DNA of 64,000 nucleotides from a candidate division FCPU426 bacterium (lineage in GTDB: Bacteria; Oederibacteriota; Muellerivitia; Muellerivitales; Muellerivitaceae), in contig CAVYSE010000003.1 of the NCBI GenBank assembly GCA_963771075.1, positions 1-64,000 on the forward strand. Direction: 5' to 3'. This document shows, piece after piece, positions 1 through 9,206 of this stretch (positions are counted from its first letter, which is position 1; each line of letters begins with the position of its first letter). The translations under genes were made by a program, and so were the position numbers. The notes beneath the pieces were generated by a model that worked only from the letters and a program-made list of their open reading frames with translations, made no database searches and was not told where the DNA came from.

Positions 1-9
1 GAGCGGGCA

Positions 10-180
10 TTGAAAACTAAAAAAACCACCAAGGTTGTAGTGAAACACCAGGGAACCCGGTTGATTAAACCCGACCAGAAAACCCACGCCAAAATTGTTA
101 AAGCCGCCGCGAAGGCCGACCGGGAAGAAACTTGGATTCCCGATGAAAAAGTCCGGCCCGAAAGATACCGCCGTGGCTAA
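10..180 (+). CDS. small basic hypothetical protein (56 aa from TTG 10; frame is open from base 1, so the start may lie upstream); paralog of 173..337
   Basis: Hand translation of frame 1: LKTKKTTKVVVKHQGTRLIKPDQKTHAKIVKAAAKADREETWIPDEKVRPERYRRG*. Aligns over its length with the next ORF. Not in the ORF track. Confidence 0.6.
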   Translation: MKTKKTTKVVVKHQGTRLIKPDQKTHAKIVKAAAKADREETWIPDEKVRPERYRRG

Positions 181-337
181 AAAATCCAAGGTTGTAGTGG
201 AACACATGGGGTTAAGGTTAACCAGACCGGACGCAAAGACCGCCGCTAAAATCCAGAGGTCCGTTACAAAAGCGAAGAAAACCGGGCAGTGGGTTTCCGA
301 TAGGGATTTAAGGCCCCACGCCTACAATAAAACCTGA
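173..337 (+). CDS. small basic hypothetical protein (54 aa); paralog of 10..180
   Basis: GTG at 173 overlaps the upstream stop (GTGGCTAA). MAKKSKVVVEHMGLRLTRPDAKTAAKIQRSVTKAKKTGQWVSDRDLRPHAYNKT; followed by a terminator. Confidence 0.65.
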   Translation: MAKKSKVVVEHMGLRLTRPDAKTAAKIQRSVTKAKKTGQWVSDRDLRPHAYNKT

Positions 338-366
338 TAGGGAAGCCCTTTAATGAATCCATTTGG

Positions 367-398
367 AGGCTTCCCGGCCATGGGCCGGGGGGCCTTTT
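367..398 (+). terminator. rho-independent terminator
   Basis: aggcttcccggcc-atg-ggccggggggcct hairpin (with G-U pairs) followed by T-runs. Confidence 0.6.
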
Positions 399-510
399 GC
401 TTTTGGGGCGCAAATGTCCCGCCGGCAGACCGCGCCGGCATGACACCGGCCATTTTTTCGGGCCGCCTTTGGCTGCCCTCGGCTTGCTTCCTCTTTGAGC
501 CTGTGTATAC

Positions 511-539
511 TTGTAATGTACTTCCCTAAAAGGTATACT
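511..539 (+). promoter_or_regulatory. putative sigma70 promoter of the TA operon
   Basis: TTGTAA(511-516)-N17-TATACT(534-539), upstream of GGAG RBS at 574-577. Confidence 0.5.
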
Positions 540-567
540 ACCGTATACCTTTTAGGGAAGTACATTA
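514..567. repeat. perfect 25-bp inverted repeat (operator or hairpin)
   Basis: taatgtacttccctaaaaggtatac-tacc-gtataccttttagggaagtacatta; the arms are exact reverse complements. Confidence 0.95.
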
Positions 568-582
568 ACTAATGGAGTGGAT

Positions 583-1023
583 ATGCCAGTTAGCGTTTTC
601 GATGTAACAAAATATATTTTAGAAAAAAATGGCCCAACAACTGCCATGAAGTTGCAAAAGCTTGTTTACTATTGCCAGGCTTGGTCTTTGTGCTGGGATG
701 ATGCTCCATTGTTTTCTGAAGAAATCCAAGCTTGGGCGAACGGTCCAGTGGTAAGAGAATTATTTAAGAAGTTTCAAGGTCAATACTTCGTTTCGGATAC
801 TGATGAGGGGGATTCAAACAAATTAAGCCCTGAACAGAAAGAAACAGTCGACCGCGTTATAGATTTTTATGGGAAAAAATCTGCTCAATGGTTAATTGAT
901 TTAACTCATGCGGAAGATCCATGGCGGGATGCAAGAAAAGGCATACCAGATGGCGTTCCTAGTGATAGCCCAATTTCTCTTGCTTCCATGGGCGAGTACT
1001 ATAGTTCTCTCCCTAAAACATAA
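583..1023 (+). CDS. Panacea domain (DUF4065/SocA-like) antitoxin
   Basis: MKLQKLVYYCQAW...PLFSEEIQAWANGPVV...LIDLTH..DPW motifs; GGAG RBS before ATG 583. Confidence 0.9.
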   Translation: MPVSVFDVTKYILEKNGPTTAMKLQKLVYYCQAWSLCWDDAPLFSEEIQAWANGPVVRELFKKFQGQYFVSDTDEGDSNKLSPEQKETVDRVIDFYGKKSAQWLIDLTHAEDPWRDARKGIPDGVPSDSPISLASMGEYYSSLPKT

Positions 1024-1029
1024 TTTTTC

Positions 1030-1494
1030 ATGAACAAAAAACCTACTTTTAATCCCTCCTTTTCTTCATCTGAAAAAAGACCAAGAGTTGTTCAAGGTGT
1101 CTCCTCTCCTCAACCACGTTATCGTAATGAACTAGGAAACTATGATAAAGAACACCTGGTTTGGAAAGTTGGCAGTATTGATTATGATTTTGAATTTGGG
1201 TGGTTGCATATAGACTCAAAAACTCTTCGCCAGGAAGTAATTACAAAAATGAGAGATTTTGAAACCATGTCATGGGATGAGATAAAAAAAAGAGGAAGTC
1301 ATGATGTTGCCATTCATAAGTTGGTTAAACCCGCTCAGAAAAGATTAGAAGAATTAAAACAAATTGATATTGAAGATTTATTTTCACTTCGACTAACAGG
1401 CAAAAAAAGAATTTGGGGTATTCGAGATAGAACCGCCTTAAGGATTTTATGGTGGGATCCCGATCATAAAATTTGCCCATCCTTACTAGATTAA
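1030..1494 (+). CDS. putative toxin, RelE-like mRNase fold, partner of the Panacea antitoxin
   Basis: 6 bp after the antitoxin; C-terminal LFSLRLTGKKRIWGIRD...LRILWWDPDHKICP resembles RelE-like PanT partners; AT-rich. Confidence 0.7.
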   Translation: MNKKPTFNPSFSSSEKRPRVVQGVSSPQPRYRNELGNYDKEHLVWKVGSIDYDFEFGWLHIDSKTLRQEVITKMRDFETMSWDEIKKRGSHDVAIHKLVKPAQKRLEELKQIDIEDLFSLRLTGKKRIWGIRDRTALRILWWDPDHKICPSLLD

Positions 1495-1826
1495 TTTTTT
1501 CGAATAAAAGTTTCTTATAGATTTTTTCAATGGCCTTTTATCACCCGCATCAAATATTTTAGTTTGATAAACACATAACGTCAGTTGCACACCATCCTTT
1601 TTGCGAGGGCCATGTGCAGGAGCCTGTAATTATTGGATTTTTTCAATGTTCCGCCGAATTCGTTGAAATTTGGATAAGTTCAAATGCAGATTCAATGTCA
1701 ACATCATCTTTCACAGAACTTAGCATAGAAAAAAGGTGCCTGGCCACCTTTATCCGCATTACCTGTCCACGACGGGTCCCCATCGTAGACAACCTGATAA
1801 CGGCTATTTTACCCCCTTTGGTCATG

Positions 1827-1851
1827 TGGACTTCCCCGATTTAGTGGACAC
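1827..1851 (-). mobile_element. solo IS3-family-like terminal inverted repeat (remnant)
   Basis: Minus strand GTGTCCACTAAATCGGGGAAGTCCA resembles IS3-family right ends (TGTCCAC...GGGG..xxCA); no transposase in the window. Confidence 0.5.
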
Positions 1852-2019
1852 CCTAGTTTGGCCGCTAAAACAACCGCTTCCCTCACGGCGCGACCAGCCG
1901 TACCGCCCTGCAGGGCGGGTTGAAGGGGTCGTTTTCGGAGCCGCCGCCATGAGCAGGCAAGAGCATAAAAATTATTTCTTTGTAATTGGATCTTTTCTTG
2001 AAGTGCTTAAAGAATTGTT

Positions 2020-4334
2020 TTACGGGCTACCCTTTTTTCCCGGAAAAACCATTTCCCTCACGCCGGTCACCAGCCCCTTCGACTCGGGCTCACGGGAGAG
2101 GTCAATCACCAACCCCGCGGGTTTTTGGGTGGTGACGGGGTCCGTAATATCCATCTCACTCCGGGTGACCAAGGTGCCCTCCACTTGGAATTCCTCCGAT
2201 TGATCGTCCGACCTCAAAAGTTTCGCGTCGCCCGAGGGCTTGAAACTTTCAACCAGCTTATGTTCGCCGATTTCCTTGATCTTCAAAGCGATTGGAAAGG
2301 CTTTGAAAAAAGCGCTGGAATAGCCTGGGCTCAAATATTTGTTGAGTTTGGTTCTCCTGCCCAACAGGTCGTTGTAATCCGCCGTGTAAAAGGCCTGGGC
2401 GAAAGCCTGGGCGGTTTTTGATTCCGCGTTGATTTGGTTGAGAAGGTCCAACTGGGACTGGCCCGAAGGGTTAGTCGAAGGTCTATTATCGGTAGCCGAT
2501 GGGGCCGATTTAGTCAGCAGTCGACGGTTCGCAGCGAGAGCACCAATTCCCTTTTCCGGAATTGGCGCGCTCAAACCTTGTTCCTCGGTTTGAGACCTCG
2601 GAACAGAGGGCAGGGAAGCTTTAGGCGAAATATGAGTGGTGGAAGTTGTTGGGTTTTGGGTTTCACTGAAACCAACATTCGTGCCTTCCTTTGTGTCTTC
2701 GTGTCTTTGTGTTGGATTTGAAGTTCCCGGGGTTGGAATTGTCGTGGGTAGTGGTTGAGGAACAGCCTTACTATCGCTTTCCCAAGGGTTTACCCAAGAC
2801 CCCACCCAATGGATTACTCCAGAAGCGGTCCGGCTCACCAACCCCCTCAAACCCGCCGGGTGGAAGAAGAATAGATAGAGCCCATAAGCCAGGCCCACCA
2901 CCAAGGCGATACCCACCACGCCCTGGGTTATTTTCTTGGCGGGCTTGCCCACCACCTCCCCCAAGAACCTTAGAGTGCCGTTCAAGGCATTTTTTAGGTG
3001 TCGCCCAACCCAGCCGATGGACTTCTTGGCCGGGGGCCAGGTTGTATGCCAAGTCCAATGCAAGATCCGGCCAAAGAAGGCCGCTACCAGGAATAGCTTT
3101 TCCCAGAGGGCGAGGTCTTGCCCTGCCTTGATCTTGGCACGGATGGCCTTGATCCAGGGGATGCCGGCCATGGTGCCCCAAAACACCGACTGGTCGTCGC
3201 TCTCAAGGCGACGGCCATGACCTGTCTGTGCCGATACCATAGGGGTATCGGTGCGAGACTCACCAGGATCATTTTTAGATTCTAGATGGACTGTTTCTGG
3301 CGTATCGGTTGGGGCTGTTTCCCCCGTCAAGGGTTCGGACGGTTTGACCCCCTCGACCTTGGGAGAAGTACGCGGGGTGGGAGTGGGTCCTTCAGGATAG
3401 GCGGATGGGTGGGCCTTATTCTGAACTTTCATGGCTTTTATGTTTTCCGCCACTTTTTGGGAGGTGTATTCCTCAGGCCGATTCCCGGCCTTAATCCAGG
3501 CGACGTAGTCCTTGACCTGGGATTCAGTCATCTGTTCATCAATGGCCACCTGGAGGGCCCGGTAAACTTGGTCTTGGGTCTCGGGGGGGATGAGGGGGTA
3601 GGGGTATAGTTTTTGGGGTTCCCCCCCTCGGCCAAGTCTTTCTTGGGACGACCCGCTTTGAGGCCGGTACCAGGGCCCAAGGCGGCCAATTGGGAGACGG
3701 CCAACTCAGAAATACCCTGAATTCCCTTATTTAAAATGTTCGGGTCCCGAACAATTGCCTCCCTGGTTTTCGGGTTTAGTAACGGTAAAAGCTTAAGCGC
3801 ACGGTTAACCCTATCCAACTCGATCCCCAAATACCCCTTTATCTGCCTTTGGGTCACATAGGGGTTGGCCTTGATAACCCTTTCGACATCCTGGTAATCC
3901 ACCCACCAACCCCGCTGGTCAACAACGTTATCGATCCGGCCTTTGACGACCGTTTCCAACTCGCTAGGGTTGGTGATATAGCAAGGGGCCTTATCCTTTT
4001 GAAGCCGGTTTAAGGCGATCAAACGCCGGTTGCCGCTGAAGACCCAATAGTGGAAGTCCTCCACCCGCCAGGGGCGGCCTTCCAGGGTGATCCGGGGGTT
4101 CTCGGGATGGATCTGGACCCCTTCGGCCAGGGGTTGGGTGCGGTTGGGTTTGAGCTTGAGCGGGTTCTGGAGGTCGTTCTCCCGGATGCTTTCCATCAAC
4201 CCAAGGATGACTTCCTCGCTGGGGGTGCCGCCCGGGTTATCCGGAAGCTGGCTGATGTTCGCGAGCGGAACCTGTTGAATTCCTGGAAACAGCTCTGGCA
4301 GAAGTGCTAATACATCCTCAATCGTGACTGGCAT
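2020..4334 (-). CDS. ParB-like N-terminal domain + HTH + transmembrane helix + extracytoplasmic C-terminal domain; one frameshift at C7 run 3621-3627
   Basis: GGAGG RBS before ATG 4334. LMESIRENDLQNPL and SGNRRLIAL are ParB-like; TQRQIKGYLGIELDRVNRALKLL is HTH-like. One extra G joins ORF 3528..4397 to 2020..3549 (…EGGEPQKLYPYPLIPPETQDQVYRALQVAIDEQ). TM: GVVGIALVVGLAYGLYLFFF. Confidence 0.7.
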
Positions 4335-4802
4335 AGGGAGACCTCCAGCTTCATAATTTTTCTCTCCTAACCGCCAACCACATGTTGGCGGGTACACCGT
4401 AACAACTTAATTTTTATAATCCGAAATAGAACGCATGGTCAAATGGGAACTTCTTCGGGCGTGAATTTTTTCCAGGTTGGACGGTAAACCAGACAGCGAA
4501 TGTGCAAAAAATCGGATTTTGGCACCCAGTAGCCGGGCCGGGTCCTTCGGACAAGTAAGTGTTTTATGTTGGCCTGGCCCCGGTTAACAACGAGAATTGG
4601 CTTTCCAGAAGGTCAATTTCAGCTTTTTTGGGCACAGAAACCTTTTCCTGGGGCTTATTTCAGTGGCCCAGGACGGAAAATTCCGGATTCGGATGGAAGA
4701 AGCGGGGGGGGGCGATATAATGAGAAACAAATTACCCGGCAATGTTTTCAGAGAAGGTCATTCGGGAAATTCCGGTTTAATGTTTATCCGAAAGGCCAAA
4801 CC

Positions 4803-6918
4803 ATGAAGTGCCGCATCGCGGGGATTTTTTTACTCCTGGTTGGATTTACCTTTTTAAACATCGGCTGCCCCGGCAAAAAATCCATGCCTTCCTCGCCCTC
4901 CGGCGGGGGAGGGAACAATAACAACGGCGGCGGCCTGGCCACCAGCGTGGCCTGTCCCCTGACGGCGCCCTCGGCCTCTTTTCAGATCGGAACCAATGGA
5001 ATAGGGTTATCCGTCACCGTGGCGGGCGTTTATGCCGCCGAGGGCCTGGGATACGGAAACGACCTCGCCATCGACCCGGCCAATGGCTATCTTTACGTCT
5101 ATGATGCCGGCAAGGGCCCGCTCTCCTGCCTCGACAACCGGGTGCAGCAATTCAGCCTGTCCGGGCCCTACCAACGGGAATTTTATCCTTCCGGCAACTC
5201 CGTGAGCAACCTGGACTTAGGCGCCTGCGGAGGAATGGCCACCGACAGCTCCGGGAACCTTTATTACGCCTACAATAACATCACCAATGACGGCAGCTGC
5301 GGCGTCACCCTCACCACCTCCGAAATCATAAAATTTAATTCCTCGGGGGTTTCCATTGGGGCCTTCAATGACAGTTCCAATTCGGACGGTGCGATGCGCC
5401 AGATCTACTGCATGACCATCGATTCCCAGAACAACCTTTACGTGGTGGCCGGCGGCAATAGCTATGTCCTGATCCGCAAGTTGACCACCGCGGGCGTCGA
5501 TTTGGCCTCGGTTTCCAGCAACGGCTTCCTGGCTTACGCCAACGCGCTTTCCACCGATTCCAACAACAACCTTTACGTGCTGGACGGCCAGGGCCAGTCG
5601 GTGGCCATTTACAGCCCCAGCCTCCAGGCCCTCGGCGGCTGGGGCAACGGCGGGTCGGGCCAGGGGCAGCTTTACACGCCCATGGGCCTGGCCGTGGGGC
5701 CGGGCAACCTGGTTTACGTGGTGGACGATACCGCCACCAACGGCCGCATCGAGGTCTTCAAGACCGACGGCACCTTCTGCGACGAGCTGGACCTGGCGAG
5801 CAACGTCTTCACCTGGGACGTGAAGGTGGACGCCTCCGGAAACATCTATGTGGAAGAAGCCAATACCGGCGGTTACGAATACCCGGTCAAGTTCAGCCCC
5901 GGCGCCCCGGGCGGGCCGACCGCCACGGCCACTTCCACCCCGGTGAATACCTCCACCCCTGCCGTCCCTTACACACCGACCAACACGCCCACGGTGACTC
6001 CTACTTCAACCCCCGCTTTCACCCCGACGGCCACACCCACACCCATGCCATGGACGGCCGAAACCCTTCCCATTTCGCAGAACTGGACGTCCGTGACCTA
6101 CGGGAACGGGGTTTTTGTGGCGGTTGCCGCCGGACCCAGCACGGTGGCGGCGACTTCGCCCGACGGGATTAATTGGACGGCCCAAACCCTCCCCAGCTCA
6201 CAGGCCTGGGAGTCGGTGGCCTATGGGAATTCCGAGTTTGTGGCGGTCGCATCCGGCAGTAGTTTGAGCGGTACGACGGCGGAAGCGACATCACCGGACG
6301 GCGTCACTTGGACGGCCCACAACCTCCCCGCCGCGCAGAACTGGAAAGCGGCGGCCTACGGGAACGGGGTTTTTGTGGCGGTGGGCGCCCTCGCCAGTGG
6401 AATTCGGCAGTCCCGTGGGAGCCACCTCGCCGGACGGCGTCACTTGGACATCCCGCACCATGCCCAGTTCGGCGGGCTGGACCTCCGTGGCCTACGGGAA
6501 CGGGGTTTTTGTGGCGGTTACTCCTAATAACTCGGTGGCAGCGACATCACCGGACGGCATCACCTGGACGACCCGCACCATGCCCAGTTCGGCGGCTTGG
6601 TACGCCGTCACTTACGGGAATGGGGAGTTTGTGGTGGTTACTTATGGCGGCGCGGCGAAGGCGGCAACCTCACCCGACGGGATCACTTGGACGGCCCAAA
6701 CCCTCCCCAGCACACAGTCCTGGGATTCGGTGACCTACGGGAATGGGTTGTTTGTGGCGGTTATTTATGGCGGCGCGGTGGCGGCGACTTCGCCCGACGG
6801 GGTTACTTGGACCAATGAAACCCTCCCCAGCTCCCAGTACTGGTCCTCCGTGACCAACGGGAATGGGATCCTTGTGGCCGTCGCCGGTTCCAGCGCGGTG
6901 GCGGTGATTTCACCTTGA
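4803..6918 (+). CDS. lipoprotein: NHL-repeat propeller + Thr/Pro linker + 7 Asp-box/YGNG repeats; frameshift near 6400-6406
   Basis: Signal peptide MKCRIAGIFLLLVGFTFLNIGC; NHL motifs (GQLYTPMGLAVGPGNLVYVVD); repeats W..VxYGNGxFVAV…ATSPDGxTW continue across ORFs 4566..6527 and 6373..6918. Confidence 0.8.
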
Positions 6919-6942
6919 GGATTTAGATTTGTTTAACATGGT

Positions 6943-6973
6943 AGCCGGGCTCTCCTGAGCCCGGCTTTTTTTT
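6943..6973 (+). terminator. rho-independent terminator
   Basis: agccgggctc-tcct-gagcccggct followed by a T-run. Confidence 0.85.
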
Positions 6974-7167
6974 GTCCACGACGGAGACCCCGCATTGGAT
7001 GTCCTAGGCGCATTCCACCGCCGGGTTGGCCGGATTAACGGCCATAAAAAGTGCAGAACAACCTTCCTCCCGCCTAAAAATCAGCTCAAATCCATTTCGA
7101 AATTGACGGGCCCCAACTTCCCGGTTTATCTTTTTCCATTCACGGAAATTCATAATCAGGAGGCCCT

Positions 7168-7345
7168 ATGGAAACCGCCCAGAATCCCGCCCCGGAAGTT
7201 ACCCAACCCGTCATCCGGATGGTTCCCCGGAGCGATCTTTACGTGCCGGATTGGAACCCCCGCAAATACAAAAACGAATCCGAAATGCAGGACCTCATGG
7301 CCTTCATGAAGTCCGGTCGGAAGCCCCTTAGAATACACCTTTTTA
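7168..7345 (+). pseudogene. truncated ParB-like N-terminal fragment at the island edge
   Basis: AGGAGG RBS; VPRSDLYVPDWNPRKYKNESEMQDLMAFMKSGRKPLRI resembles a ParB N-terminus, then runs into AT-rich, non-coding-looking DNA with no GxRR motif. End approximate. Confidence 0.5.
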
Positions 7346-7447
7346 AGCTTTTAGCCTTGGAAACAAAACAGGGGTTTTGTGTAGGGCAAACAAGAGGACC
7401 TAAATTTTCGGTAGTGTCTCAGTTTAAAAGGGCTATTAATTTAAGTC

Positions 7448-7496
7448 GTCATTGCGAGGGTCAGCCCCGACCCTTCGAGAGCCACAGGGCAGGCCC
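7448..7496. repeat. degenerate REP/RPE-like palindromic element
   Basis: gtcattgcgagg and cccttcgagagccacagggcaggccc resemble common intergenic palindromic repeats (recognised from memory only). Confidence 0.3.
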
Positions 7497-7555
7497 ATTC
7501 GATCGACCCCAACCACAGGCCCAAAACGAGTCGATTCGTTTACGATCAGGAGTTC

Positions 7556-8464
7556 TTAGTCGAGCCTTTTCCGGGGGACGCGGCCCTTGGTCGGGCTGAA
7601 ACCCAGGATCGGGAGGGGATAGGGCGACAGCTTGACGACCAAGTGGTCCCCCAACACGAAGGGCAAGATCTTATTGGCCCCATCCAGGTAAATCCGGCCA
7701 TCCCGCATGTAGGAAACAACTTCCATCCTGTTTTTCGGCCCCAAGACGCCCTGGAGCAGGCTGCGGCGCCCGAATTTGGGCAGGTAAGCTTCCCGCACCA
7801 CATATTGGAAGGCCCGCCGCGTGGCCGGTAGGATCTTCCCTCCCGCCGAGAGGTTGGCGGCGGTGGAACCGGCGGCGGTGCTGATCCAAACCCCGCTGGA
7901 CATATGCTCCTCCACCTTTGCACCCACCCGGAGGGTATAGCGGGAAGTCCCGGCCGGGCTCACGGTAGTGACCAGCAAATCGTTCAATACGGGCCAGGGA
8001 TGGACCCGCCCATTCAGGGAAAATTGCAGACGCGGCACGGAGACCGGCTTGATCCGGCCCCGGAGATAACCTTCCAAAACCCTGGGGAAGTTGTCCAAAT
8101 CACACCCGCTGAAGCGGGCCACGCTGCGCAGGGGGTCCGAGTTCACCCCCAAAATCGGGACCTTCCTGGACATGTGGGAGGCGTCCAAAACGGTGCCATC
8201 CCCGCCCACGGTGATCACCAGGTCGTATCGCCCGTCCGCGAACCCCAGTTGGCCGATGTTTCGCCGCAACACGAAATCCACCCTCAGGGCCTTCTTTTTT
8301 AAATAGGTCCGCACGCCCTGGACCGTATCGTGATGCCTTTGGTGGCTTCCCTTCAGGACTTCCCAATATTCCCCCAATTTCACGCGGGGAGGGAGAGGCC
8401 GTATTTTCTCTATGCGCGTCAATGAGCTTTCTTTATAAGCCACGAGTATTTTGGGGGACTTCAT
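7556..8464 (-). CDS. nadK: NAD(+)/NADH kinase
   Basis: GGDGTVL, GVNSDP, LND and STAAGSTA..LSAGG motifs. Confidence 0.9.
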   Translation of the reverse strand: MKSPKILVAYKESSLTRIEKIRPLPPRVKLGEYWEVLKGSHQRHHDTVQGVRTYLKKKALRVDFVLRRNIGQLGFADGRYDLVITVGGDGTVLDASHMSRKVPILGVNSDPLRSVARFSGCDLDNFPRVLEGYLRGRIKPVSVPRLQFSLNGRVHPWPVLNDLLVTTVSPAGTSRYTLRVGAKVEEHMSSGVWISTAAGSTAANLSAGGKILPATRRAFQYVVREAYLPKFGRRSLLQGVLGPKNRMEVVSYMRDGRIYLDGANKILPFVLGDHLVVKLSPYPLPILGFSPTKGRVPRKRLD

Positions 8465-8507
8465 GTTGTAACCGCCTTTTCAGGGGATAATTTTAATTGG
8501 AACGCGA

Positions 8508-9089
8508 TCAATGGAACGATTGGATTCCCACCCGGACCATCATCACCGCGTAGGCCGCCAAAAGAAGGGACGCCAGCTTGGAAACTACCTGCGAACCCGT
8601 GTGGCCCATCCAGCGAAGAAGCGCCACCGATTGGCGGAAAACAATCCAGCTCAACAGGAGATTCGCCAACAGCGCCAACCCGATCGCCCATCCGTCAAAC
8701 CGCCCTTTTAAAAGGATGAGGGTCGCGAACACCGCGGGACCCACCAATAGGGGGATTCCAATGGGCACCACCCCGGCGGCCTGCCCTGCGCCCGGGTGGT
8801 ACATTTTTTTGTCAAAAACCAAATCCCGCAAGGCCAAAACCAGGACCAAAACGCCCCCCGCGACCTGAAAATCGCCCGGTTTCAAGCCCAAGGAGGCAAG
8901 GACCAGGGGACCCAAGGGAATGAAAAGCAAACCCACGCCCGCGGCGGTCAGGACGGAAAGGTCCACCAACCGGCTCCGGGCCTTTTCTTTCATGTTGGAG
9001 GTCATCTGGAGGAAAGCCGGCAGGACCCCCAAGGGGTCCACGGCCACGAACAGGGGGAGAAAAAGGCTTAAAACATCAGCCCAACTCAT
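8508..9089 (-). CDS. MarC family membrane protein
   Basis: LFVAVDPLG, FQVAGGVL, VPIGIPLLVGPA; 6 hydrophobic helices; start placed at MSWADV. Confidence 0.9.
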   Translation of the reverse strand: MSWADVLSLFLPLFVAVDPLGVLPAFLQMTSNMKEKARSRLVDLSVLTAAGVGLLFIPLGPLVLASLGLKPGDFQVAGGVLVLVLALRDLVFDKKMYHPGAGQAAGVVPIGIPLLVGPAVFATLILLKGRFDGWAIGLALLANLLLSWIVFRQSVALLRWMGHTGSQVVSKLASLLLAAYAVMMVRVGIQSFH

Positions 9090-9206
9090 AGGGCGCCTCG
9101 GAAAAGGAAATGGGACGGGCCCGCGCCTGCCGGTGACAGGGCCAAACCCGAACGGACAAGTTTGCATTTTCGGCGGTTAAAAAGGGCCTGTCAACCGGCG
9201 GTTCGA

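Noticed and set aside
95..172. N-terminal extension of ORF 95..337
   Set aside because: Overlaps the paralogous frame-1 ORF; similarity starts at GTG 173
1573..1632. attC-like structure (ACATAAC…tgcaca…tgtgca) after the toxin gene
   Set aside because: No GTTRRRY core at the right end (gtaatta), L-box geometry does not fit, and no integron integrase or second site is present
1643..1825. 60-aa minus-strand ORF abutting the IS3-like end
   Set aside because: No recognisable motif or clear RBS; could be a remnant but is unsupported
4566..4802. Upstream extension of the lipoprotein ORF, or a riboswitch
   Set aside because: The signal peptide starts at ATG 4803; no riboswitch consensus recognised
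6050..6918. Propeller repeats as a DGR or CRISPR
   Set aside because: In-frame coding repeats; no reverse transcriptase and no obvious adenine-specific variation
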